Part shown: in pieces, positions 28,242 through 38,682 of the stretch
How positions within the stretch are numbered: position 1 is the stretch's first letter
Layout of the letters: every line of letters starts with the position of its first letter
NCBI GenBank assembly: GCA_037308085.1
Contig: CP147779.1
Coordinates: forward strand, 1,376,001 to 1,440,000
Length of the DNA: 64,000 bases
Source: Promethearchaeati archaeon SRVP18_Atabeyarchaeia-1
GTDB taxonomy: Archaea > Asgardarchaeota > Atabeyarchaeia > Atabeyarchaeales > Atabeyarchaeaceae
Direction of reading: 5' to 3'
Program-made: the position numbers and the translations under genes
Notes under the pieces: generated by a model
Databases searched by the model: none
Told to the model about the DNA's origin: nothing
Seen by the model: the letters and a program-made list of their open reading frames with translations, nothing else

Positions 28242-28784
28242 TCAAACAGTCGGTTTGTCGAGTCCAACGAATCTTGAACTCTTGCGCTCATCATACCCCA
28301 ATGCAGCTTTTTCCCCGAGCCTGTGGAAAATTATCTGGACTATTTTCATACCAGGGTATAGCTTCACTGAACTACTGTTCTGGCAAGACACTTCAAGCGT
28401 CAACCTCGAGGGCTTGACCATTCCAGTGCCTGCGTTCACTAGGCCTGCCGCGTGTACTATTATTCCAAGCCTTGCTATGGATGATCTTCCTTCAAGGGTT
28501 CCTGCTATGCTCTTAGATAGGGCGATCCTCTCAACGGTGCTTGCAAGTATGAATTGTGCTGGGGCGATTATGAATGGTTTTCCACCAGTGTTTATCAACT
28601 CAGTTACTCGATTGCTTGTATTGTCTTCCATTGGGTCTATTATTCTCCCCACCTCAAAGACTAGGAATTCGTCAAGTAGGTGGAGGTCAACACTACACGG
28701 GCCAAGCATCTCTTCAGCGGAGAACGGTTCAATTAATAGCTCCCCTCTCTCCATAGCCTGCAAGATCTCCTTATCCGACATCAT
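28242..28784 (-). CDS. dcd: dCTP deaminase
   Basis: PCSVDLHL, FILAST.E, EGRSSIARLG, LTLE, LYPGMKIVQ; GGAGGTGA SD places the start at ATG 28784. Confidence 0.88.
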   Translation of the reverse strand: MMSDKEILQAMERGELLIEPFSAEEMLGPCSVDLHLLDEFLVFEVGRIIDPMEDNTSNRVTELINTGGKPFIIAPAQFILASTVERIALSKSIAGTLEGRSSIARLGIIVHAAGLVNAGTGMVKPSRLTLEVSCQNSSSVKLYPGMKIVQIIFHRLGEKAALGYDERKSSRFVGLDKPTV

Positions 28785-29107
28785 TCCAGAATCACCTCCG
28801 GAAATACGTAGCGACAGGGTAATATGTAGCACTCGTCACGAGTTATTTCATTTGATTACTGAACCTTGGCAGATTTTAAATCTGCCGTTGAGATAACTTG
28901 TCATGATGTGATAAGTCCGTGGATACTTCTGGTGCAAAAAACTCACATACTCATTGCGCTATTCCTTGTTGACACGAGGTTATATCTCTGTTACAGACGC
29001 CAAGGTTTTGAAGGGGTTTGGTGATGAAGATATAGTCCATAACCTCAACAGAGTTGCCCAAGAACCGAGCATGACACCAAACATCAACAAGAAGGAGGAT
29101 ATATTCT

Positions 29108-30496
29108 CTGAAACTGAGTGATAACCCGAAAGCATTCGTCGAAGCCAACCGCGAGCTCCTCGCGAAGCAGGGAATATCCCTTGAGAACGATGAAGCAAGA
29201 TTGGGCGACAAGACACTGCTGAAACTGGATGCGCATGAAGGGCTCACAATAATACACAAGGACCAGAACTATGAGATCACATCAGTAGAGCAAGAAAAAA
29301 CAGGTGTCTTAGAACTGCGCAGGTACAAAACAGGTCAAGGAGAAGAGTTTATCCACATACCAAGAGAAAAGTTGGTAATCCCACCCTATGAAACTCCATG
29401 GTACGCGTTTCCATCAACCACCTACATATATCTTGACAAAAAGTATAAACATGAATTACTTGAGACTGCAATAGCTAAAGCAGAAGGGGGAACAGCGCTC
29501 CAGCGGGTGTTGGAAGAGAGAGGAACACACATCGGCGACAAATTCCTATACCGCCATCTAGATGAACGAGTAGATGGTATGAAGGTTGGTGGACTGATTC
29601 CAATCTTAACATACCTGGGTAGAGACCTTAATGAACTTACCAGACACATCGCGGCAATTGGGGACAAGAGAGCGGTTGAGAACCCGAACCTCCCCTTTAG
29701 ACTGGATACTATCGACGGAGCGAGACTCCACGCGGCAAGGTTCTCAGATGGTTCCCTCTCCTCATCTCGAGACAGAGGACCGACATTCGAGTACAGGAAC
29801 AGTGATGCAGAACAGAGGAACAGGATCGTAGAATCTCTAACAAACGTATTCGGCAGGATACGAATAATCATCACAGGATATGAGAATGAAGTCCCGAGAG
29901 TGCGCACATCAACAGAAGTCATTGGATATGTACTACAGAGATCTGGGGCAATAGCTGGTGAAATCATTGCGAAAAACCCAGACATACCTACCTTCATACA
30001 CCAAGGATCGAGGGAGATGAAACTGGAGTGGCTAAGACAGGCCTTCGGCGACGAGGGAACGCCCTGGCCTCAACGCGGACTAGTAATGTTATCGAGATCC
30101 GTTGATGCGACTCATAGACTGTCAGACAAACAGAGAAAACGACTCGATGCAATGAGCGAAGAATGGAAGAGAAGACAGTATCCAAATAAGTCAAAGGAGA
30201 AGAAGTATTGCAGGTTCGACGACTTACCTAAGGACATCCAGGAAGCATTGAAGTCAGAGTGTCCACGACTCTTAGAGTCGGAAGCAAGAATGCTCCAAAA
30301 TGATTTCGGCATAGAAGTTAATGAATACGCAAGTCAAGTGTACACTCGGGGAGGTGGCTACGGTGTTTCATGGGTTCTGCAAACAGCTTCGAGGGAAGAT
30401 AGCAGAATGTTCTACGACAAAATAGGGTTTCCGCAGAATAGGAAACAGGAAGAACTTAGGAGGACATTGAGAATTAAGGAGGGCGATAACCATTAA
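29108..30496 (+). CDS. Free-standing two-motif LAGLIDADG-like protein (homing-endonuclease fold)
   Basis: RLHAARFSDGSL and EWLRQAFGDEGT, with IPTFI and FYDKIGF..RKQ features typical of DOD endonuclease domains; no intein termini. The ORF track starts at TTG 29201, but the frame extends to CTG 29108 behind a GGAGG. Confidence 0.65.
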   Translation: MKLSDNPKAFVEANRELLAKQGISLENDEARLGDKTLLKLDAHEGLTIIHKDQNYEITSVEQEKTGVLELRRYKTGQGEEFIHIPREKLVIPPYETPWYAFPSTTYIYLDKKYKHELLETAIAKAEGGTALQRVLEERGTHIGDKFLYRHLDERVDGMKVGGLIPILTYLGRDLNELTRHIAAIGDKRAVENPNLPFRLDTIDGARLHAARFSDGSLSSSRDRGPTFEYRNSDAEQRNRIVESLTNVFGRIRIIITGYENEVPRVRTSTEVIGYVLQRSGAIAGEIIAKNPDIPTFIHQGSREMKLEWLRQAFGDEGTPWPQRGLVMLSRSVDATHRLSDKQRKRLDAMSEEWKRRQYPNKSKEKKYCRFDDLPKDIQEALKSECPRLLESEARMLQNDFGIEVNEYASQVYTRGGGYGVSWVLQTASREDSRMFYDKIGFPQNRKQEELRRTLRIKEGDNH

Positions 30497-30688
30497 CGAA
30501 ACCCAACTGATATCGGCGGTAGAACAAGTATTTGCTAATAAGAAAAACAGATTCTGCAAAGTAGATGAAACGGAGCAATTGCAGATTGAAGAAAGTCTAA
30601 CACCAAAAGAAGCAAAGCAAGCGGTCTCACATATTAATGATTGTGGTCAACGTTTGCAATAGGAATGCACATATCGACGATTTGGGCT

Positions 30689-32203
30689 CTATTGCGGGCT
30701 CTCATCTTTTTCTCTGAGCTGCCCCGCGTACCTCATCCTTCTCTCCTTGAGTAGATCCGCGCCCGCCCACTTTGCGAGACTCTCTTTCTCCCCTCTCTCG
30801 ACATTTCCCCTGAATAGCGAGGTCAATCTTATGACGATGGGTCTATTGATTTGCAGCCTGTAATTCTTGAATCTCCCCTTCCCAGATACTTTTAGGAAGC
30901 CCAAAGGTTGAAGTATCTCTTGCGCTGGGTCTCTCTCGTATATGTCCTTGCTGAAAACGTCTCTTCGGTCTGCTATAATGCCGTGATAAGTGAAGGAATT
31001 CGCTCCTGTATTCAAGTGGTCAGAGAGAAGGTAGAAGAGGAAGACCGAAGCCTCCAGGTCCTTCCCCCTTAAACCTTTGAAAAACTCCTCCAGATTCCTC
31101 TTTCCCAGGGAGCCTTCAAGCTCTCTCATCAGCCCTCTTAGGGTTCCAGCTTCAAGAAGCTCAGTGTTGATTTGGTGGCTATAGATCCGATACTTGCCAA
31201 ACCCATAAGAAAGGCAGCAAGCTATGACCAGGATCATCGCTACGGTCTCTACTTGGACGAAGGTCACATTCAACGTTGCCAGATCCTCCACGTAACTTAA
31301 GAAAACTCCAAGATCCCAATAAGGCGTGGATTGCAGGAAGAATGATGGCAGCAGAACCACGAGTACAATCACGGCGATAAGCCAAACCGCGATGGACATG
31401 AATAGCACCTTCAGGAAGACATCCAGAGGCTTGCTCTGCAAAGTGGTTATGCCAACCAGCCAGGAGAATAAGTTCAAGGCTGAAAACGCAACAAGCAGTA
31501 CATCACCCAAAACTCCCAGTTGACTAGAACCGAACAGAATACCGGTGGAGAAGAGCCAAGCGAACCCGACTGTGGACACTAACAGTATGGCAGAGAGCGC
31601 GTACCCCCGTGGTTCGTACCACTCATCTGGATCCCTAGTCTTCGGAAAATTTCTCTTGGAGAAAAGCAGGCAAGTCAAGCCAATCGCAATTGCGGCAATA
31701 CCATAGAAAACGTAAGGCATGGCAGGATTGGCTAGAAACACTACAGACATGACCTCTAGCTGGCAGATGACAGCTCTATTAGATGGATTGCTAATGTTCT
31801 CGAAGACTCTTAGCCTGTACTCTCCACCCGCGTCCACGAGGTAGGTGAAGTTGAGGAAAGCGCCGGCCTCGCTCGCCTGGAGATCAACCACATTTAGGGA
31901 AGAAGGATCACTTAAGATCAAGGTAACATTCGCCAAGGCATAAGGCTTGACTCCAAGTACGAACCTGTCAGCTTGATCCAAGTAAAAGGTGTAGTTCTGG
32001 CTATACCCGTTGCTGGTTGCTAGTGTGTCAACACTGTCTTGTGCGCTGATAGGCAACCGATAGAAGCTAAGTCCAAGTCCGAACGAGAGGAGAATGCAAC
32101 CGATGATTAGAAAAGCATCTGCAACCAACATTTTCTCATAAAAAGCGCTATGACCTCTAGTAACGTCACTCGGCGAGGACATCTTTGTTCTTGCTCTCCT
32201 CAT
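30689..32203 (-). CDS. Multi-pass membrane protein with an extracellular beta-sandwich and a cytoplasmic C-terminal domain
   Basis: TM, about 110 aa beta-rich region, about 5 TM, about 165 aa soluble tail. Confidence 0.8.
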   Translation of the reverse strand: MRRARTKMSSPSDVTRGHSAFYEKMLVADAFLIIGCILLSFGLGLSFYRLPISAQDSVDTLATSNGYSQNYTFYLDQADRFVLGVKPYALANVTLILSDPSSLNVVDLQASEAGAFLNFTYLVDAGGEYRLRVFENISNPSNRAVICQLEVMSVVFLANPAMPYVFYGIAAIAIGLTCLLFSKRNFPKTRDPDEWYEPRGYALSAILLVSTVGFAWLFSTGILFGSSQLGVLGDVLLVAFSALNLFSWLVGITTLQSKPLDVFLKVLFMSIAVWLIAVIVLVVLLPSFFLQSTPYWDLGVFLSYVEDLATLNVTFVQVETVAMILVIACCLSYGFGKYRIYSHQINTELLEAGTLRGLMRELEGSLGKRNLEEFFKGLRGKDLEASVFLFYLLSDHLNTGANSFTYHGIIADRRDVFSKDIYERDPAQEILQPLGFLKVSGKGRFKNYRLQINRPIVIRLTSLFRGNVERGEKESLAKWAGADLLKERRMRYAGQLREKDESPQ

Positions 32204-32304
32204 GTGCCAGCAATTTCATTTCCCATTAATGATAATGCAAGTCAATCGAGCAAATCCAGTTCCGGACTTCTTAACGTTTCAGTTGCCCATGCAACTGTTG
32301 AAGA

Positions 32305-33114
32305 TCACTTCTTCGGAGCCTTCTTTCTTAGTTCCTCGTTGACAGGAAGCCTTTCGACTTTTGCGTTAATCTTCTGCAGTTCTCCAATGTACTTCTTCTT
32401 TAGCTTGTCGTAGAGTTCTGGCTGTATGGCGCCTAGTTTATGCATGTCTTCCAGTCTGTCCATCAAAGTCGCCACTGCACCGCGTTCAGCCTCCAGTTCA
32501 TCGATTCTCTTGGCAGCGCTCGACTCTTTCTCTTCTTCCGATTGTATCTCAGACTCGGTCGATGTGGATTCTTGCGCCGTCTCTCCAATCCTACTGGGGG
32601 TGGTTGCCTTCTCGACCGTCTGACTTCCCCTTGGAACCATCGGAGGAGGCGTGAACTCAGGTTCACTCATTGTCGGCGGGGGTCTAAGCAGTTCTTCCGT
32701 TGCTATCAACTTCCGCTCAGCGTCCGCAGAAGGATGCCCTGATTCAGCGGACTCAGATGCAAGAACCTCACCTTGAGCCGGTCTGGAGCGGCGTGGCTCA
32801 GGGCTGCCAACGTCCTCTCTAGCATGTTGCCTAGTTGCACGAGCTCTCGCCTGTATCCTCGCGAACTCTTGAGGGGAGACCTGCCTCCTCCCTCCAGACG
32901 AGCTGACGAGTCGTTGACCAGCGATCATTACAATAGGAAAAGATATGAGTATGAGAGGCCAGAGCCTGACGATAGCTTCCGCTGTAAGAAAAGGCATTAT
33001 CGGATTGGAAGGAGTACTGGGAGAGGTGTAGACCGGATTTACGAGTGCTGCGAGCAGAACGTAGAACCATACAAGTACAACTGCAAGCGCTAAGAGCTTT
33101 CCACTTCGCAACAT
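32305..33114 (-). CDS. Two-TM protein with a Pro/Ser/Glu-rich linker and C-terminal helical hairpin
   Basis: N-terminal TMs, low-complexity middle, LEDMHKLGAIQPELYDKLKKKY. Confidence 0.8.
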   Translation of the reverse strand: MLRSGKLLALAVVLVWFYVLLAALVNPVYTSPSTPSNPIMPFLTAEAIVRLWPLILISFPIVMIAGQRLVSSSGGRRQVSPQEFARIQARARATRQHAREDVGSPEPRRSRPAQGEVLASESAESGHPSADAERKLIATEELLRPPPTMSEPEFTPPPMVPRGSQTVEKATTPSRIGETAQESTSTESEIQSEEEKESSAAKRIDELEAERGAVATLMDRLEDMHKLGAIQPELYDKLKKKYIGELQKINAKVERLPVNEELRKKAPKK

Positions 33115-33160
33115 GGTGTCCTCCTTGCACTCTAGTCATTCACTTGAAGATCACTCTAAT

Positions 33161-33197
33161 TTGTTATCTAGGAGTCTTCCCAGATAACAATTGTTAT
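33161..33197. promoter_or_regulatory. Operator-like inverted repeats upstream of the 33114 gene
   Basis: Perfect palindrome ATAACAATTGTTAT (33184-33197); TTGTTATCT (33161-33169) is inverted to AGATAACAA (33182-33190). Confidence 0.5.
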
Positions 33198-33348
33198 AGC
33201 CCCTATTTATTGTTCTGGTGAGGGCGGACATCTGCCATGCTTCTGCTTCCCGGGACCAATCTGACGGCACGATATTGTCGCTGATGCATCTTTGCCCCAA
33301 CTACTATTCCGTGATGGGAAGAAGCGGCATTTCCAACAATCCCTAACT

Positions 33349-34968
33349 CTAGAATTCCTGTAGGTTGACGAATGATGCTTCAGCCCTTCTGAGGCAGAAT
33401 CTCAGGACGAGTCCAACGTATACAACAACATTGACCAACAAGAAAGCGAAAAGCGCCCAGTTGCCATAGGACAGGACAAGCATTATCGGGATGATGACGG
33501 TGAGAACTAAGGACAGTAGCGGAAGACCGAGAAGCACCAAGAAGGGTGGAGGTCCCACGCCCCTGTAGGTCGGAGGGTAGCTTACGCTTGCGAGAACCCC
33601 AACGGCGTTCGAAACTAGAAGAACAAGTGTTACCTGCAAAGCTACAAGCGGTATCGCTGAAGTGTGGGGGAGTATAACTGAGACTGTAGCAATGATCGGA
33701 GTGATATACAGAGCTGATTTGAATAATGCAAATAGGTACTTCCCTCTGATTATTGAGCTGGCGCCGATGGGAAGAGTCTTCAACAAGAAGATTGTTCGCC
33801 TCTCGCTCGCGAAAGAATCCCAGGCGGGAGGCAGAATGAAAACTGAAACAAAATAAGTTGATAAAAGGAAAACTGGATCCGTAAATTGTGACACTTCCGG
33901 ACCTGGCAAAGACAAAGGGAATATTACCTGAAGCTGGATCGTGAAGGCGAGTAGAATAAGCGTCACAAACATGGGCACCAGGAACTTTCCTGGAACACGA
34001 ACCGTTGTCCAGAAGTCCTTCATGAATACTAGTCGAAGGCTGCTCACCTCCTTATGTTCCCGGAACAACGTGTTCTTCCTCAGTCGAATGAAACTGCCTC
34101 TGGTCTGAACTAATCTTGGGGAAGCGGCCCATCTTTTCAAACCGAAGCGTGCAGTCAAAGAGGCAAAAATGAGGAAGAGAATCGCCTCAATTCCAAGCAA
34201 GGATGCTCCAACGGTGCTCCCCATCCAGAGACTAGAGGTCAACATGCTTCCAAACAAGTATGGCGGGTAGAAGCTACTTACGAATTGAAGTGGGGTCCCT
34301 CCCGCGATAATGAGAAAGGGGGTACCGATGATGAAGAAGGTGAACGCGCCGAAAGCTACTCCAAGTATCGCCTTTTGGACAGTGCTTCGGCGCATTACTA
34401 ACCCCCTTGACAGACAGTAGGAAAGATTCTCGACCAATCCATAGATCTCGATGAACGCAAGTATCGCAACATAGAGAGGAACTAGCTGAAACCCTTGGAA
34501 GCCAATTCTGCTAAACACCGGGTAGGCACCAGCAATAACCAGCGCAGCCATCATGCAGTGGACTAGGAACCTCCTAAACCTCTTTGCCACGTACAGGGCG
34601 CGAGGAGAGGCAGGCGAAGAAACGATAACGCTTTCGTCAACCCTCGTGAAAAGCCAACCGAAGCTCGAGGACAGAAGCCCCCTAACAAATGAGGAAGCCA
34701 AGAACAGCAGCATTACATAGTAGATAATCTCAGACATTCGGGCCGGGGTGAAACCCACTGAGACAAGGTATTTGGTCAGTCCAGCGCCGACCTCGGGGGA
34801 AGCGTCAAACATAAGAAATAGAATCAGTGCAAACGCAATGTGCATAACTGTAACCATTGCAGCTACCTGTATGATTAGAATGGTCGTCAGTGATCTTCTC
34901 AAAGAGAATCTGAATTCGCTCCACATCAGCTTGAGCTCGTGCCTTGCGAGGAGCAGCGTCTGACTCAA
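33349..34968 (-). CDS. ABC-2-type exporter permease (double domain)
   Basis: About 12 TM; FASERRTIFLLKTLPI...GKY; overlaps the ATPase stop. Confidence 0.8.
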   Translation of the reverse strand: MSQTLLLARHELKLMWSEFRFSLRRSLTTILIIQVAAMVTVMHIAFALILFLMFDASPEVGAGLTKYLVSVGFTPARMSEIIYYVMLLFLASSFVRGLLSSSFGWLFTRVDESVIVSSPASPRALYVAKRFRRFLVHCMMAALVIAGAYPVFSRIGFQGFQLVPLYVAILAFIEIYGLVENLSYCLSRGLVMRRSTVQKAILGVAFGAFTFFIIGTPFLIIAGGTPLQFVSSFYPPYLFGSMLTSSLWMGSTVGASLLGIEAILFLIFASLTARFGLKRWAASPRLVQTRGSFIRLRKNTLFREHKEVSSLRLVFMKDFWTTVRVPGKFLVPMFVTLILLAFTIQLQVIFPLSLPGPEVSQFTDPVFLLSTYFVSVFILPPAWDSFASERRTIFLLKTLPIGASSIIRGKYLFALFKSALYITPIIATVSVILPHTSAIPLVALQVTLVLLVSNAVGVLASVSYPPTYRGVGPPPFLVLLGLPLLSLVLTVIIPIMLVLSYGNWALFAFLLVNVVVYVGLVLRFCLRRAEASFVNLQEF

Positions 34969-35729
34969 AGAATTTCCCTCTTAATTGGCTTTTTATCCGC
35001 AGTCAATTTCAGGAATATCTCTTCGAGAGAGCTCAGATTAAGTCTGAGACGAAGTTCGGAAAGTGCTCCTTGAGCGATTGTTACTCCGTGGTCAAGCACG
35101 GTAAATGACTCACAAATCCGTTCAGCTATTTCGAGCATATGAGTGGCTATGATTATTGTCCTACCTTCGTTCCGCTTCTCAACCAGCATTTTTCTTAGAA
35201 GCCAAGATGAGAAAGGATCAAGGCTGTTGAATGGATCGTCGAGGAGGAAGACCTTTGGCTCATGAACAAACAAGGAACATAGCACAACACGATGAGTGTA
35301 GCCTCTCGACAACTCTCCAATATATCTGCCAAGATACTCGCCGAGTTTGAATTGTTTCACATAGTTTCTAATCCGCTTCTCGGCAACTTCAGAACGCACT
35401 CCATAGAGTTTAGCCACAAAGCCTAAGAACTCCTGGACAGTTAAGGCGTCATATCCATAAGATTCCTCTGGAATGTAGCCCAAGTTGGCTTTGGCCATCT
35501 CTGGCTGATCCTCAACATCAAAGCCAGCTATCGTGCTCACACCCTCAGTGGGGGTGGAAATTCCGGATAGTATCTTGAGTGCAGTGCTTTTGCCGGCGCC
35601 ATTCGGCCCAACCAGCCCGTGAATGCAACCGTAAGGAATGTCTAGGTTGAGATCCTGCAAGGCCAAGACGTGCCCATATCGCTTAGAAAGGTTATGGGTT
35701 TTCACGGCAGCGGAGTTTTGGTCAACCAT
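34965..35729 (-). CDS. ABC exporter ATP-binding protein
   Basis: GPNGAGKST, LSRG, LLDDPF, ATH. Confidence 0.9.
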   Translation of the reverse strand: MVDQNSAAVKTHNLSKRYGHVLALQDLNLDIPYGCIHGLVGPNGAGKSTALKILSGISTPTEGVSTIAGFDVEDQPEMAKANLGYIPEESYGYDALTVQEFLGFVAKLYGVRSEVAEKRIRNYVKQFKLGEYLGRYIGELSRGYTHRVVLCSLFVHEPKVFLLDDPFNSLDPFSSWLLRKMLVEKRNEGRTIIIATHMLEIAERICESFTVLDHGVTIAQGALSELRLRLNLSSLEEIFLKLTADKKPIKREIL

Positions 35730-36038
35730 AAACGTCGCCTGAAATCCAGTCTGGTTTAGTTTGGTCCACGTTAAGCTCGCAATGGCAGAAATTCAGCTGA
35801 AGCCGTATTGGACTCCGACCCCTCACTCGTCTCAGTGTCAACTCATTATGAGACACTATTAAAGATTTCTAAATATGCAAGGTTCAAACCCAATCTGATT
35901 TTTCTTGGCGGCCAGCTCGGAGTTATAAAACTTTAAGTAGTGCGACATTTTTAGTACTCTAAAAGCGTGGTCAGCTGGACAGAAACGATGCTTCGCAGAA
36001 GAGTGACCGACGGTTAGCGTTGGAGTCGTGATCACCGA

Positions 36039-36797
36039 ATGAAGCTCCTAGTCTCTCCCAGGGACGAAGGTGAAGCGCTTGAAGCCGTGGCAGGTGGCGC
36101 CGATATCATCGACGTTAAGAACCCTGTTGAGGGATCCTTGGGAGCGAATTTCCCTTGGATAATAAGAAGAATCAGAGAAGTAGTTCCGGCGGAAATTGAA
36201 GTTTCAGCCGCAGTGGGCGATGTCCCCGATCTGCCGGGAACAGTGTCACTTGCGGCACTGGGAGTTGCCACTCTGGGCGCAAACTACATCAAGGTCGGGC
36301 TTTCTGGACCGCGCTCAATTGATGGAGCCACCTACTTGATGAGTTGCGTTGTCCACGCGGTGAGGGATCTTGATCCGAGGGTAAAGGTCGTTGCAGCTGC
36401 ATATGCCGATTGGACAAGAGCTGGTACGGTCAATCCTGCACATGTCCCCGAGATTGCAAAGAGATCTGGATCTCGTGTGGCGATGGTTGATACGAAGATC
36501 AAGGACGGAAAGAGGCTCTTCGACTTTCTTTCTCATAGGGATCTGGATCTCTTCATAAAAAGGTCCCATGATCTTGGACTGCTCGCCGCGCTGGCAGGGT
36601 CGCTTCAGAAGGAGGATTTGCCCCTTCTCGCCAAGCTTAATGCCGATATTGTCGGGGTTCGGACGGCTGTCTGCGAACGACTGGATCGAATCAATGGACG
36701 CATAACTAGAGTAAAGGTACGGGAGTTGGTGAACGTGATACGGGAGAGTTCACCCGACCACGCCTTGAGGACAGAACCGGCGAAAAAAGGGCTATGA
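36039..36797 (+). CDS. mfnB: (5-formylfuran-3-yl)methyl phosphate synthase (methanofuran biosynthesis)
   Basis: LLVSP...EA..GGADIIDVKNP.EGSLGANFPW; MVDTKIKDG; ALAGSL; VGVR. Confidence 0.93.
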   Translation: MKLLVSPRDEGEALEAVAGGADIIDVKNPVEGSLGANFPWIIRRIREVVPAEIEVSAAVGDVPDLPGTVSLAALGVATLGANYIKVGLSGPRSIDGATYLMSCVVHAVRDLDPRVKVVAAAYADWTRAGTVNPAHVPEIAKRSGSRVAMVDTKIKDGKRLFDFLSHRDLDLFIKRSHDLGLLAALAGSLQKEDLPLLAKLNADIVGVRTAVCERLDRINGRITRVKVRELVNVIRESSPDHALRTEPAKKGL

Positions 36798-36813
36798 CGA
36801 GATGATTTCTTGG

Positions 36814-37503
36814 CTATCCTGGCCGTATGAATGTCTCCTTCGTGGGTTCGCCTTTCAAGATGCTTTCGACTCTCTCTGGATGTAAGCCATTCACAATGTG
36901 CGTCCTTACTCTACTGTTTCTGAGGATCTTGGGAACCATCTTGTCTATGCATGTGGGTTTACTCATCGTCTCGATCAACTCGTTGGCATTAGTTTTCTCG
37001 ATTAGGGTGGCGTCTTTCACCTTCTTTGGATCATCAGAGAATATTCCATCGACGTCCTTCACCAGGATCAGCTTTTCCGCTCGCATGGATCTTGCGACGT
37101 AGGCTGCTATCGAGTCACTTGTAACCCCCCATGAGTGGGGCAGAGGATCTCTATTGAGCATCAATCGGAAGGGGGCAATTATGGCGACTTGATGACCCTT
37201 CGTCGTCCTTCTAGCATCACTCGGGTCAAAGACAACCCGCGACCCCTTAAGAAACTGGCTTATCATGTAGGCGTTCTGATCCATCGCGAGTATTGCCATA
37301 TGATGCGCTGTCGACTCAGAAAGCTGGAACTCGACGTACATCCTTCGTACCTCGTTGGCAAGTGATCCACCTCCCGGAGTCACGATCAGTCGTTGATATT
37401 TTCCTTGCTCGCTGATGATCCTGAAGAGTGGACCGATGGAATCAAAGTGGTTCACTAGGATATTGCCACCTATCTTAATCACAGCCTCAATTACCCTCTT
37501 CAA
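36814..37503 (-). CDS. mfnE: Amino-acid-kinase-family F1-P kinase (methanofuran biosynthesis)
   Basis: VIKIGG, PGGG.LANEVR, AHHMAILAMDQ, LPHSWGVTSDSIA, KDVDG; mfn context. Confidence 0.85.
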   Translation of the reverse strand: MKRVIEAVIKIGGNILVNHFDSIGPLFRIISEQGKYQRLIVTPGGGSLANEVRRMYVEFQLSESTAHHMAILAMDQNAYMISQFLKGSRVVFDPSDARRTTKGHQVAIIAPFRLMLNRDPLPHSWGVTSDSIAAYVARSMRAEKLILVKDVDGIFSDDPKKVKDATLIEKTNANELIETMSKPTCIDKMVPKILRNSRVRTHIVNGLHPERVESILKGEPTKETFIRPG

Positions 37504-37552
37504 CGAAAACCCTTCCTACAAGGATCACGGTCAAGCTTACCGAAATCAGCTG

Positions 37553-38644
37553 TTATTTCTCCTCTTGTTCAAGATTGAGCAACCAAGCATTAAGCATGAT
37601 CGCTGCGGCCGCCGACGGCGCGGTGACTGCACTTTGAGCATCAAGAAGTTCTTCAATGCTTATGATTCTCGCGAAACCTGATCTCCTTGCCGCCTCGGCG
37701 GCCAAGAAGGTGCGCGCCAGACCAGCTACTGTTACGACGAATCTCTTCTTTGACTGGTCCGTCAAGTGGAGTCGATCTGCAACTTGTGAAATGCCTCCGG
37801 CAATTGTCTCCAATTGGGCAATATGAACTTCTCTCGCTAGACCAACTATCTCTTGCTCAGTAAGCATCTCCACATCGGCACATATGACTCTGGCTAGCCT
37901 CGCAAGGGAGTCCTTGCGACTCCTCCCCCGCCCATCAGCGGTGTCACAGCCGTATTCGTCCTCGGAGATGTGTCTGAGGATCAAGTGGACGTCGGCGGAG
38001 AGCGCAAACTTCTCAGAAGAGACTCTGCATGGCTTACCATGATAGGTCAGTGTGTTTACGATGGCTGAAATTGGTGTCCTTAGTGCGCCCGTGAATACGA
38101 GTTCACCTGAGACTAGCCTCTCCGGATCAGTCTTGCCTACTGCAACGATTTTCCCATTTCTTATCGGAATAATATCGGTTGTTGTGGACCCAGTGTCGAT
38201 GAGAATTGTATCCTTGGTTTGCCGTGCGACTAGCCACGCTGTTGCCGGCCAGTTAGCGGCGGCAACCGTCAGCGGGTCTTTACGAGACTCCTCAACAGTC
38301 CGCAGCTTCGCCTCAACGTCTACCACACGGATTAGGTCATCCATCTCAGGGAAAGCAATGTTCACGCTGTCTAGTATGTGGTTTACTCCTTCACGCTTCG
38401 TGTAATATGCATCTGATAGTTCAGCGGTCATCGTGACTGCAATGCCGTCAACTTTCTGTCCCTTGAGTAGTTCCTCTTTCAATTCCTTTAGAACTTCAGG
38501 AAGACCTTCTTTCCCATCAAGCCAAATTGGGAAGTACCTTGATATGCTTCGCATCTCGACTAACTTGTCACCTGAGAACCCGGCAAGCGAAGCCTTTGTG
38601 TTTGCTCCACCAATATCCCATCCGATGATGGTGCGATTCACCAA
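37553..38644 (-). CDS. mfnF: Hydantoinase/oxoprolinase-family methanofuran synthesis protein
   Basis: GWDIGGANTK, VTMTAELSD, AAANW, DTGSTTTDIIP, TADGRG. Confidence 0.88.
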   Translation of the reverse strand: MVNRTIIGWDIGGANTKASLAGFSGDKLVEMRSISRYFPIWLDGKEGLPEVLKELKEELLKGQKVDGIAVTMTAELSDAYYTKREGVNHILDSVNIAFPEMDDLIRVVDVEAKLRTVEESRKDPLTVAAANWPATAWLVARQTKDTILIDTGSTTTDIIPIRNGKIVAVGKTDPERLVSGELVFTGALRTPISAIVNTLTYHGKPCRVSSEKFALSADVHLILRHISEDEYGCDTADGRGRSRKDSLARLARVICADVEMLTEQEIVGLAREVHIAQLETIAGGISQVADRLHLTDQSKKRFVVTVAGLARTFLAAEAARRSGFARIISIEELLDAQSAVTAPSAAAAIMLNAWLLNLEQEEK

Positions 38645-38682
38645 TTTCGCGTTTAACCTCCCATTCTGACTCAGTACCGTGT

